The position numbers and the translations under genes are program-made. A DNA stretch of 64,000 bases from Tubulanus polymorphus (taxonomy: Eukaryota; Animalia; Nemertea), in NCBI RefSeq assembly GCF_964204645.1, contig NC_134028.1, forward strand, positions 19,103,653 to 19,167,652, given 5' to 3'. Positions 29,401-41,270 of this stretch are shown piece by piece. Numbering within the stretch: the first letter of the stretch is position 1; the number at the start of each line of letters is the position of its first letter. The notes beneath the pieces are model-generated. The model had not been told where the DNA came from, made no database searches, and worked only from the letters and a program-made list of their open reading frames with translations.

Positions 29401-30994
29401 CATTGAGAATACAAATAAGAAAAAAAATATCACGGATGGATCACTATGGTTGACAACGCCTCCTTGATCGGGAACTTGTATACTCAGAAATACTGTCATT
29501 ATACCAACAGATACCGTAAGCAGAATAATATTACTTGTAAACCAGGCAGCCCAATGCAACCAACCACTTAATCCCATCATTTTCATTGATTCCTATAAAA
29601 AAAAATTGCATAAGTTCTCACATCTATGTAGAACTAGGCCTATGGGACAAACTTATGTATCAACATTCACATACTAACCTTGAGCTTACGTTCTTTTTCA
29701 TGCACAATATTTTTGGCAATATTCAAAGCAGAGAATATAAAACTCAGTACTAGGACCAGTGGCAATTGTTGTTGTATTACCAGTATATATGGATCATCGT
29801 TATATGGTGGAAATGGAAATCTTTGAAGGTGAACTTCAATCTTGGACAGTTTTTCCGCATTTCCACCAAGCTGAATGATTATTGATTTATCGAGTGCGTG
29901 CTGCAAAGTGACAAATCCTTCCCTCATGTAACCTGCAATACACACAATAAGCTAGAGCAATACACGATTTTCTGAACTATGCTTTTTCTTTGAAAAATGA
30001 CACGAATGAGAGACACAGTGTGCAGCAATAGATGATATTTGTATTAATTAGCTATATATGATTATTTGAATGGATTCTTTTGTCTGTATCATGAACTGAT
30101 GTAAAATATGTGTTTTCCCCTCTTTTCCCTCAAAATTTAAACGTTTGTTTGTGAATAAATATATAGGCTATAGGCCTATATTAACTTTGAAAAAGTCAAA
30201 AATATGCATGAATTGAAAATTACCTGGAGAGCCACCCCATGGATGTTCCTTCTCTCGGGGGCCAATCTTTTGAAATAAAGGAAAGGCAAATTCAGTTAAC
30301 CATTTCCCTTTGCCACCAAATGGATTCATAGATATTTTCTGCCGTCCTGCATTTCTTGGGGAAGAATTCAAACGAATCTTATATGAGAGCCGTTCACTTG
30401 AATTATCAATTCTGTTCCATGAATTAGTGAACACAACACCTCCGAGCACGTCATGGGTACTTTTATTGACCTGGCTCAAGTATGTCACCAACTCCTTTTC
30501 AGTAGGAAAACCTAAACCTTCTAAATAACACAAAGTAAAAGAAAGTACACAAAATGTTAGGACATTGGTACCGTTCACTTTTGCTATAGCCATTCATAGC
30601 ACATGTAATACTGCGGAAAATAAACCCCGCCCTTCATCACTCATATGAGAAGTGGCAACATTCTATAGGCCTACATACCTGTAACAATATTCAATAATGC
30701 TCCAGCTCGCTGTACAATTAACTTAGATACATCATCATTTGGACAATAAGCCAACCTCCATTGCACTGTTTCGAATTGATCTGGTGTCAGATTTTTTGGG
30801 AATGATGCAATACCATAATCTTGCCATTCAGTAGGTTGATTAACATTAGTGGCAGCCACACGAAGTCTGACTAGGAATAAGATAATCGCAAACACAGCTG
30901 GTATTGCTACCTCAATGATTGTCACCCAGCATTTACGCTTATGCAGAACAAAATTCTTCCATAGTAATAATCGAAACTGCCTCAGTGCCCCCAT
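11450..30994 (-). CDS. ABCA3: Full-length ABC transporter subfamily A (ABCA3-like), 20 coding exons
   Basis: Exons 30994-30679, about 30520-30224, 29932-29679, 29592-29355, 29119-28946, 28861-28680, 28033-27875, 25498-25369, 23932-23778, 22845-22690, 19994-19784, 19698-19449, 19114-18916, 18864-17872, 17067-16852, 16618-16386, 16078-15746, 15371-15184, 15079-14909, 11969-11450. N-terminus [10 protein letters not shown]; two nucleotide-binding domains ([25 protein letters not shown] and [24 protein letters not shown]); C-terminal SQTTLEQVF. Orthology within ABCA is not proven. Confidence 0.9.
12432..13665 (+). mobile_element. Helentron-associated non-autonomous element (HINE-like), family A copy 1
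   Basis: Starts AAACCAGGGGTCCAGGGACACCATGCCCACTTG; internal tandem subrepeats of about 130 bp; ends GCCCGCTGGGACTAAAGTCCCAAGTGGGCTAAAAA (3' hairpin plus subterminal inverted repeat). Confidence 0.7.
14150..14473 (+). mobile_element. tRNA-derived SINE
   Basis: A box TGGCCGAGCGG, B box GGTTCGAACCC, central GTGTCCTCGGGCCAGACACTT..CCACCCAGGAGTAAATGGGTACC, L2-like tail ending in (ATT)n, GTCAGTT on both flanks. Confidence 0.8.
17092..17737 (+). mobile_element. HINE-like family A copy 2 (internally deleted)
   Basis: Same termini as 12432-13665. Confidence 0.7.
20443..21360 (+). repeat. HINE-like family B copy (related copies at about 22912-23275 and 26925-27828)
   Basis: Starts AAACAAGAG; shares GCTTTTCATAAA..TCTGTGGGTT, TTGAATTGGATTT and CATATCAAGGTCATCCATCC with the other copies. 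Confidence 0.6.
21547..22635 (+). mobile_element. HINE-like family A copy 3
   Basis: Same termini and subrepeats; GGAC microsatellite before the 3' hairpin. Confidence 0.72.
25985..26625 (-). ncRNA. Candidate structured RNA of about 640 nt in an ABCA intron (unidentified)
   Basis: GC-richer island with many stems. G-U pairs are mostly on the minus strand, there is no T4 run on - until 25986-25983, and GGGAAU occurs four times. Confidence 0.4.
26925..27828 (+). repeat. HINE-like family B copy
   Basis: Homologous to 20443-21360; ends in a hairpin GGCTCAGCCTACGGCTGGCC followed by an A-run. Confidence 0.6.
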
Positions 30995-32611
30995 TCCTAA
31001 AAGATAACCATTATAATGGAAGGTTATAGTGACTATATAAGTGGTAGAGAGGTGTCCATAATCCCATCTAAAACGGAAGACGTACATTGATCAAATTTCT
31101 TACAAATCAAGGAATAATTTATCCTTTTAGTGTCACGATTTGCAAAAAGCAGGCCTCAGAATGCCATGGTGGCCATCGTTTCATCAAGATATTTTTCAGA
31201 AAAAGAAATAAACATATAATAAGTCATATAATTCATAATCATCTATACAAGAAATACATCCTTAATAACATGTCTAGTGCGTATAATCAAAAAAATGTTC
31301 TATCAACTACTACTTGGAATAAGGGTCTTGAACAGCCCACTGCTGGGATACATTCTAATATGCCCCGGACCCCCAGTACCCTTCCATAACAAGAAACAAC
31401 TATTATCTAACCTGTGTATTAGTAAATGGTCAGGTGAGTTACATTCAAATGAGCTCGGTGAATAATAGTTTTCCACCTCCGTGGCTATATAAAACCTTGG
31501 CTTGGATATATGTATACTGATTATTGAAAAAGTTCTCAGTTCATCGTACAGAGATTTCATGGTGGTCAAATTAGGGTATGTCGAAAAAACTGATTAATTT
31601 GAAGTAGGCCTAGATAGCATAGTTCCAAATACCTGTGACATGAATGTGTAGTCACTAATTCAGTGCTTCTTAGATAACGTAACCTAATGTTATTTTTATA
31701 TATGTGGTTAGAAATATTTCATCATCTTCCTGATAGCCATGTGCATGTGATAGGCTAAGTATGACTTTGACTCATTTTGGCATAATGATATAATGAAATA
31801 AAGATTTTTAGTAACTTTCTGAGTTTTTTGATATATGAGAAATAATGAAACACTAAGCGACTAAGTTGAGTAGATTGTGAATGTTGTACCTCCCCTCGTT
31901 ATTTCATATACATTACAGACACTGGATTAACATATCAATTTTGCACTACCTACAACCTTGATATGAGCCCGTGATCCGCAATTGTTGGTAATGATCTTCT
32001 GAATTAATTATACAAAATCAAATCAAGCTGTGACGCTCAGTGTCGCCCACTAAGGTTTCATTTACCGTCCGTCACACATGCTCTCTGTGTGACTCTTTGA
32101 TGCCTAATTTCGTTAATAATCAATTGATCTGCCAATATTATGCATCAATTTGTTCAGTAACGAATCAGGGTTTATAGCATCAAGACCAACCAAAATTCAA
32201 GGCTATTAAAGAGGCACTTTCAAGGCTTTACCCCCAAGAGAAGTCCTCGCGTCATCCATTCAAAAACAATCAAAAAAAGCCTAAACATTAACATTGTACC
32301 ACTGCTGACCCAATTTAAATGACATTCACTGGCCATGTCGTGGCAAATTCACAGCCAACTACAGCAACTTGAAGAAATTAGCTAATTTTTCGAGCTAACA
32401 ACCGAATGCACACAATGATGCCTTTTTAATTAGTTGAAGTACAGATTTTCCATCAAAAAATGAAAGGTCAAAATGGAAATATTAGATAAATTTATACGCT
32501 CACAGATCTATTAAAATGGCTTATAGCTTCCTATAGGCCTATGGCTTATGGCTGATTATACGTAGCTTCCTTTTTTCTTATTTTCTACATAAAATGTTGG
32601 AAGGAGAATGA

Positions 32612-33548
32612 AAAGTAGGGGTCGAGGGACACCATGCCCACTTGGGAAGTGGTTTCAAAAGCTCAACAATCTAACAATATCAATATTCAACGACCCCTGA
32701 TGACCATATTATGCAAAACCCAATGACCTTGAAACTCACCACAATCATAGAATATGTCATGAACGACAACTTAGCAATTGATCATGGTAACAAAATATGC
32801 CTAGGTACCAATATAGCAATACTAAGTTATTCTACCATTCAACGCCCCTGGTGACCATATAGAATAACTAATGTCCTCAAAACTCACGACAATCATAGAC
32901 GATGTCATGATTATTCAACGCCCCCTGGTGGCCATATACAAAAACCAATGACCTTGAAACTCACCAAAATATCATAGAACACGTTATGAGCTACAACTTT
33001 CCAATTGATTGTTGTAACAAAATATGCTTAGGTATCAATATAATGTGGGAAAACCTTTTCCCGCCTACAAATGAGTACTGAGGACACCAAGACGGCCGCC
33101 AATTGCGTCATAATTGGCTGATCAAAAATACCTGTCCCAGGTATAAAACATCCCTTTCCAAAGAATACCAACCACTAATTGCAATGAGAAATAGCGAACC
33201 AGTATGAAGCTACAGGACTCGGAATTTGGGCCAAAATTGACATTTTTGGGCACTAAAAAAGGTCACAGGATAGCCATCTTGAGTCTGATCGACGCAGTTC
33301 TTCTCATGCTGATGGGCCCTTGGGCGATACAAATACATATGAACAATCAAGGTAATTGATCAAAGCGTCTTCAAAATTTCCCTCGAAAACTTCGAAAATG
33401 TGTAAAAAGTGCTGATTTTGGCGAACAACAATGGCTGCCAAATAACAAGCCATTACCTTGAAGCGTCTTCAACACTTCCCAAAATACCTGAATTCCGTCT
33501 ACGGACAGACGGACGGACGGACGGACGACAGACGAACAGTGAATGCAA
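32612..33548 (+). mobile_element. HINE-like family A copy 4 (3' hairpin truncated)
   Basis: Same 5' end and subrepeats; (GGAC)n at about 33502-33530. Confidence 0.7.
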
Positions 33549-33981
33549 ATTAAGAAATTAACACTAAATCATATTTTTCTTCAACCAAAATTTATCATTT
33601 TATCATTTATTATGGAAAACACGATGATTTGAAATATATATTGAAAAACCATCAAACATAAAAATTTTTGTTTCATTTTGGAAGTTTTATATAAATCCTT
33701 GTAGGTCACTTTGTCTATCATGCCAAATGTCATGCAATACAGAGAAATGGCGGCCAATGGCGGAATTTGTGGAGAAATTAATCAATTTCTCAAATAATGT
33801 TGATTAATCGCTCGAAACATACATAAAATTGGATAATTTCGAAAGGTACCTGTGTAAGTTTGTGAACTAAGCCATTAATTGTGGACTGAAGTCAATAGAA
33901 AGTATATTTTTGAAGAGTAACTTTTGTGTTTTGGCACTTGTTAGTCTAGTACCTAGCCGTTGTTCCCCAAACAACGTCTAG

Positions 33982-35430
33982 GGTAGGGTCTGAAACACGG
34001 CCCCGGCCGCGGCCACACGTCTGAAACACGGCCGCGGCCGCTCTTTTTTTCGTTTAAACGGTCAAATGAAAGAAAAAAGAGATTTTCTACTATCTATCTC
34101 TCTCTATAGACTATTTCACTTTTGAACGGTTAAGCTTCAATCGACTCTGTCATTTTGGCCCAAACCAGATGCCTATCTATCTACCCTTTTGCTTTGCGAG
34201 GAGCTATAATCAAATTTTGATAAAATAATACATTTAGTTAGTATGAGTTTTTTTATGTAGTGGCTATTATATCAGTGGGAAGGCAGGAATCTGGGCCCCA
34301 AGACCACCCCCTTAATCTGCCACTGGAAAAAAGGTTTCATGGAGAATCAGATGACACTATAGACAAGAGGCTATATATTGACATAACATGCTAAACCTAA
34401 GATCCATAAACTTAAGATCCCCAAATAGGGCCTATAGTTATTTTATCATACTTGAATGAATCCTTAATATTACGTTTGCCAGACTGGCGGAGATGTTTTG
34501 CAGTCTTTTGGGTTTTGTTTGCGTGAAAGTAAGATTTTAGCAAAATCACCCTAAAAGGTTTGAACGCATTTCTATGAAATGTTTCATAGTTTACAAATTA
34601 GCAAGTCGCCTTAAAGTCAAGATTGTTGATTTTCTCTAAAGTTAGTTTTATCTATCTCCAGGTGACCACTCTTGATTTGCCAAGACAACAGTCTCTTTTA
34701 ATCGATTTTATTCAACTAAGAAACCCCTGAGATAACGCTCCGCGTTATAGCATTACAAGTTCCACACGTAATTTACAGGCTCTTTTCATTAATTTTTCAA
34801 ATTTTTTATGCATACATGCAGTATTTATGTTAATCTGACCATGGTAGTTGACAGACCGCATGAAGAAGCGGCTCAATATTTCAGGGGCCTTAGGCTTTTT
34901 TTGGTTCTTAGGTTAAGTAAAGACCTGCATTGAGAGTGCATTACTTTGTGCCAACAAATCAACTTTTCTACCATAAATGTGTCACCCACAAAATACCCGA
35001 AAAGCTTGTATGGATAATTTACTTTGGGGAAACTGAGTTATTTACCTCCTTCGACTGGTGATTCTAATTTGGGTGAGATTATGTTTTGTTGCCTGTTTTT
35101 TGTTGTTGTTGAATAGGCCTATTATGTATTGATCACTAGTTGATCATTGTGGGATAAAATGAACACTATTGTTTGTTTGTCCATTTTCTGAAAATCATAG
35201 CAGATAGGCATCTGGCTTGGGGCAAAATGACATTGAGTCGATTGAAGCTTAAACCGTTCAAAGTTGAAATAGTCTATATTTGGACTTTTGATAGATAGTA
35301 GAAAATCTCTTTTTTCTTTCATTTGACCATTTAAATGAAAACAAAGAGCGGCCGCGGCCGGGGCCGGGACCGTGTTTTAGACGTGTGGCTGCGGCCGCGG
35401 CCGGGCCGGGGCCGTGTTTCAGACCCTACC
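33982..35430. mobile_element. Non-autonomous Mutator-like (MULE) element
   Basis: TIRs of about 200 bp starting GGTAGGGTCTGAAACACGG; perfect 9-bp TSD AACGTCTAG at 33973-33981 and 35431-35439. Confidence 0.85.
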
Positions 35431-35522
35431 AACGTCTAGGGCCAAAGTGCACATATAGGTGAGGTTAATTTTAGTCCCTCATTTTGAGCGTCTTTTCACC
35501 ACTTAAAACACCATCAACTTAC

Positions 35523-35700
35523 CTCAAACCGACTGTTCTGTAATCAGATGGAAGTTAACTATTGTTTGGGCATAAATTTATAATCCTACGTAGCTTTTGA
35601 CGATCGTAGTAACTCAAAACTTTTGACTATTCGCCTCAAAAAATGGTTGAAGTGAAGCAACATAAAAAATATGGCGGCTTTTCGTGTTGCATGATCGGAG
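35523..35700 (-). promoter_or_regulatory. Probable non-coding first exon and promoter of the ABCA gene
   Basis: The ABCA ATG exon begins 2 nt after a splice acceptor (30996), so an upstream exon is required. There is a consensus donor GAG|GTAAGT at 35523/35522 and a YY1-like AAAATATGGCGGC motif at about 35666. Confidence 0.4.
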
Positions 35701-36636
35701 GGTAAATTACAGATTCAGACTTAAACTTGGACTGATATTGATGCCAATGCAGTAATATTCTTGTTTCAAATTCTTAAGGTAAAATTCGCCAAAATTAATG
35801 CGTTTTATCAACAAAACATAAGATTTAGAGTAATTTTAGAAAGACATTGAATTTTCACATTTTATTTATTTAGCTCGTATTGGAATTCCCGATTGTGGCA
35901 ATCAATTCAAATCAAATCAATGAATTCTCCGGTTCTCGATTTAAATCATCAAAAATATTATAATAGCCTATAGAATCAATAGAATCTGTACACCTCCATT
36001 TTGAGCTATCTCCCGTAAATAAACACCGATTTCGTTGTGAGATATTTGTCATAGAGTGATCGTTATAGGCTCGTTGGAAGCAGAAAGTCTTCTAGTTTGT
36101 ATTAAAGCTAATTTCATGTGAATCGGTTGAGGATTTTTAGGATTACAGTCGATTGAAGTGGAGAGGTCATTTTCAGATTGATGATTAGTTGCCACCCTTT
36201 TTTTATTATACAGGGATACTGGGGTTGGTCATTGATACTGGTCATATTCATTCACTATCAATTGTGACAAGTCCCTGTGGCAATATCCAGAAAATAAAGA
36301 ATGTTTTGCGCATTTGAAGCCCTCGATCATCAAAATGGATGAAGGTTTTCGTGTGGAACTCAACCTTTTAAATTGCGAAATCGGCAAAAACCGGCGTCAG
36401 AGCATTTTCGGCCCTAATTTCGCGTTCAAAGACATATAGGGCCTAATTCATGAACTATCATTGGAAATTAACGGGAGTAGTTTCACTAGAAGCAGGAAGC
36501 TATTAACTTTCATATCATGCCTGGATTATCTAAATCGGATGAGAAATAACGAAATAGTAAGCAACTGAAGTTGAGTAGTTTGTGAGCGTTGTTAGCCCCC
36601 TTGTTATTTTATATAAACTATTTACATTGGATTAAC

Positions 36637-38673
36637 CATAGAAGTGTAAACTGAAGCATATATATATGAGCCATCCACGTTCCCGTCTCGACCCTACCGT
36701 ACAATAGCGCCACCACAGTCGATGCTTCGAACTAAAACACTACGGCGCGTATCGGATTCGTTTTTCGCATGTGATAAATGATCAGTGAAACCTACCAACA
36801 ATTTTTAAAAAGTAAATTAGATTTTTTTAAACTTCTCATTGAAAAGATGGAATGAAGAAAACACTTCCAATGTCAACAGAAGTAAAAATTCAAGATGCGA
36901 AGTGAGCAATTTCCCGTCGAGATTTCCTTCCAGAAATAATATTTATTTACTGGTAAAGCTACCGGTAAACTAATTTCAAATATAATCTTGAATAAATTAC
37001 ACGTGTGTAATTATTTTGGTTTCTAAAAAATAAAATCAACTTTCTTTAAGTCTCTCAAACCGTTTTTTCTACAAACGACCCGGCCCGGGGCATTTTGTTT
37101 GGGGCATGTTTTATTTGCCATTAATCAATTCGAATTCATCAAATTTATGAAGAAAATTAATGTATGAATTTTGCACAAAAAAAATAAAGATGATTGTTAA
37201 ATTTATGACACGTTGTCTTTCTCTACCAGATCCTGTCGGTCTTTCTCCGGTTGACACCATGTTCCTGTCTCGACCCCTCACATCTGTCTCTACTCTCTAA
37301 ACAGTCCGGTGGACACCATGTTCCCGTCTCGACCCTTCAAAACTGTCTGTACTCTCTACACAGTCCCATGGACACTATGTTCCCATCACGACCCTTCAAA
37401 TTTGTTTCTACTCTCTACATAGTTAGTTAACTAATCGTTGGTGGTAAGCTTTTTATAATCGGATGGGCTTATACCAACGTTAGGGATGACAAGGACCAAA
37501 ACACGGTTGAAAAAAGTAACACTTCAAAAATATACTTTCTATTCATTTCAGTCCACAATTAATGGCTTAATTGACAAACTAACACAGGTACCTTTCGAAA
37601 TAATCCAATTTTATGTATGTTTCGAGTGATTAATCAACATAATTTTGAGAAATTAATTAATTTCTCCACAAATTTCGCCATTGGCCGCCATTTCTCTGTA
37701 TTGCACATGTGGCATGATAAGCCAAGGGGACCTACAAGGATTTATATAAAACTTCTAAGACGAAACAACATTTTTTATTTTTGATGGTTTTCCAGCTTAT
37801 ATTTCAAATCTTCGTGTATTCCATAATTAATAAAGAAATAATAAATTCTGGTAAAAGAAAAATGTGAATAAGTGTTGATTTCTTAATTTTTTTCAATTTC
37901 GTCGTTTCGCTTCGTTAGTTTGTGCTGTTGTCCTGGCCTCAGTCCACAGGTGCCAGCACCTCCAGTAATTTTCAAAATGGCAGCTGTTGACTCGACGGAA
38001 ATTTACTCTCACTTTACGGCTGATTTGCACATGGATTAAGATCGTCAGGTGAGGTGTTATAGGTATCAGACAAACTACGAATCTGTTGTGCATCGATTAC
38101 AACAAAAATTAGACGGATATCTTAAGAAACAATGAAATGCCAGGCAAATTACTCGTCAGTCAAATTGGCTGACAAAGATTTCATTGAAAAATGACCTTCC
38201 CATTCCTGACTGTGGTTTGTGAAAATATCCGATCGCGAAACTAAACCACAGACAGGTTACTGACTACTCTCTACACAGTTCCGTGGACGCTATGTTCCCG
38301 TCTCGACCCTTCAAAACTGTCTCCTCTCTCTAGACAGTCCCATGGACCCTATGTTCCCGTATCGACCCTTCTCATCTGTCTCTACTCTCTACACAGTCCC
38401 GTGGACGCTATGTTCCCATCTCGACCCTTCTCATCTGTCTCTACTCTCTACACAGTCCCGTAGACGCTATGTTCCCGTCTCGACCCTTCAAAACTGTCTC
38501 CTCTCTCTACACAGTCCCGTGGACGCTATGTTCCCATCTGGACCCTTCTCATCTGTCTCTACTCTCTACACAGTCACGGTAGGGGCGAGACGGGAACGGG
38601 TCGAGACAGTAACAGGTCGAGACGGGAACGTGGATAGCTCATATGCAACTCAACTGAAGTTTACACTTCTATG
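36637..38673. mobile_element. Nested composite: short P/hAT-like TIR remnant, containing a TIR element with a 60-bp tandem array, itself split by a TAG..CTA element
   Basis: Outer TIR CATAGAAGTGTAAACT with 7-bp TSD GATTAAC. Inner TIR ATATGAGCCATCCACGTTCCCGTCTCGACC. 60-bp units at about 37250-37419 and 38267-38577. Confidence 0.65.
37420..38266. mobile_element. DNA element with short TAGT..ACTA termini and a 9-bp TSD
   Basis: TSD CTCTCTACA. A deleted inverted copy at 62430-62553 has its own TSD GGAAACACC. An inverted internal fragment lies at about 33548-33890. Confidence 0.65.
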
Positions 38674-40379
38674 GATTAACAGATTATCGTCTTTTTAATT
38701 TTACATTACCTACAATTTACATTTACAACTCTGATACGAGCCTCTGGGCCCTGCTGTAGTGCCCCGTCGCTGTGCTGTGGGTCACTAAGATTTCATAATA
38801 CATTTTTTTAATGTTTCCTTAGTACACTCACCGCAGCTTATTAGCCTACTGATATTTCTACTTCATGTCAGTTCAGTTCAGACGTCACAGTACGGCCTGA
38901 TTCATTGATCAGCTGATTGATGATTCAATTCAATTCAATGATTCGATCCTCGTGACACGCGCCAGGTTTCTCCTTAGCATATCACAGGGCCGTCACGCCA
39001 TGTGAAAATCATAGCCTAAAAGGAAAACCGATAGGCTAGAACGAAATGGTTGCCTTGCTTACATTAGACTGGTTACTGGTCTCTTTCAGGGTTTGACTAT
39101 TTCAGATGATCCGGGACCATCTAATAAATCAATCGTTTCAGCTGCTACTGAAATTTCCTGTTATTTCATACTTTCATTTCAGATATCGCCAGACCTCTTA
39201 CCTCTTCCGACAATAATTTTGGCAGTACAGCACCATAGTCAAGCACGTACCGATGTCTCCTCCGCTCCACTCCGCACTCGAAGAGGATCTTTTCAACAAC
39301 ATTTAATCTTCCATGTATTCGTCTTCTTCATTACCTATAGATTTTCAAAATATAATCATACATACATCACCCATCCCGTCTTTACTACTGACATTCTGAG
39401 AACAATGAATAATTTCGTATCGGTCAATAACTCCAATAACTTGTAAATTAGTAGAATCCACAGGCATTTTGTGAGCCATTAAAGATACCGGTAATGTCTT
39501 TTGTACCAGGCCTAAACCAAAAATGTGGATAAAAATAAATTCAACTCAATTAAAAAAGGCAATCTGAGGCACTCTCCTTTGCTCAAAAGGGCACCAAAAG
39601 GGACGTTGGCAAGTGTAATTGAAAAAGGGCAAATTTTGCACACAAAAAAATCTTAAAAAGTCGCAAATTAAATGTGTTCAAGGCAAATTTAATGGCGATA
39701 TCGAATAAAGGGCGCACACAAATTTCTAGAATCTAGTAAAAAGCCCGGCTAAGTTCATCTCTCCAGTGTTTAATCGAATAACATGAAATTTCAAAATTTT
39801 CTGGGGGAAGGCCCCAAACCCCTCTGTTTCGCGAACGTCCTCACAGGGTATGGATAGGCCTACTGGCTAGCCCTTTTAAAGTCCGTGCCCTTTTTATTTC
39901 ACTGTGCTATGGAATGGCCCTGGATCGACCAACCCTACACTATACGCAAACTACCTAGTATAATAGGTTTCAATAGTTTTGTAAATAATCTAGGTACAGT
40001 ACCGAGGTTAGGGTACGATATAACTGATTTATACCGAAATTCTAAATATCACCTAACACGTGATAGGTGATATTCAGAATTTCCAACTTGCCGCGGTAAC
40101 GCCCTAGATTTTTAGCGATGACGCCAGATCAAAGGTTAGCCGCAGTCCGAGAGCAGAGACTTTGTTTTGGTTCTGCCCATCGTTATCATAAATTTAAACA
40201 ACCGTGCACGTTGTCAGAAGAAAAAGGGTATTCATAAACATGGCGAATATTCCACCCGCCATATATCTCCATGGGCTGACTTAACGAGAACCAAGTTCGC
40301 GACTGGTCAGACAACCCTTGTGAAGTAGGTGCGGGACTATAGGCATACTACCCGTCGTAGACATTAAAATTTTTCATCC

Positions 40380-41270
40380 AGATAACGATAGTTCTTCGAA
40401 AGCGCGTACTTTGGAAGATAGCGGTTCTGGTTTCATTTTGATCCGAAACGAAATTGCAGAAAATTTAAATCTACCGTATCGTCGAATAGATTTAGGCAAA
40501 GTGGGCGGAGAGAATGCCGATCCGAAACAACGAGTATAATTTGTTAGGCAGGTCTTGGCTATAGGCATTGATGAAATGTGTATAACACTGTTCCCAATGA
40601 CTAACGTCGATATATTAACATACGGCAGTAATTACAATGAAATTGTTCTCGTACTCTCCGAAAACGATTTCACAGCCATTTCGCTTTCGCACGCTTGCAG
40701 TCCATCGGCATGTTGTCAAAATCGTGGATCATCGTGTCTCCGAGCGGCAAGGGGATACAAGCGCGATTCTCGGAACGACGAGGACCTCCACTCTGCTGTT
40801 CCAAGCCTTCTTCACCTGATACCAGTAATGGTGGCAGAATAGACCCGAGTGGGCTCCTAGACTTATAGTGGAACTTAGATGGAGTGGGACAACTCTGGTA
40901 CGGAACCATGTCACTCGGAGCCGGTTCGTTTCTGTGTCGGTAATGGTTTTCGCCCCACGTACCCAACCTAACTTTTGAAATAATCAAACCTTTAGAAAGG
41001 AGGGGTATCCCAGTACAGGTATGCCAGTACATCCGAGCCAAATATCTAAGGGAATCCCCCACCGTGTTTGGTACCCTTACTCCAAGCAAAAAAAGTCCAG
41101 GGAATCCCTTATTTCATCATCGATCTGTCTCTCAGGATCAATGGATTTCATACATATAACCGAAATTCGTTACCTATCCCATTTGCAGAAATTATGGCAA
41201 CATTTATGGGGGACCTCTTCTTCACTCTAGGTACTATTTTTGGGGTCCGACCCTACGCATCTTCGAGCTA
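40380..41270 (+). pseudogene. Degenerate LTR-retrotransposon remnant (BEL/Pao-like aspartic protease)
   Basis: The + frame reads KARTLEDSGSGFILIRNEIAENLNL (DSG protease motif). Downstream EWAPRLIVELRWSGTTLVR weakly resembles BEL/Pao integrase C-termini. No LTR pair found. Confidence 0.4.

Noticed and set aside
37250-38580. Regular 60-bp repeats resembling a CRISPR array
   Set aside because: The units are homologous along their whole length with no unique spacers; it is a eukaryotic minisatellite inside a TIR element.
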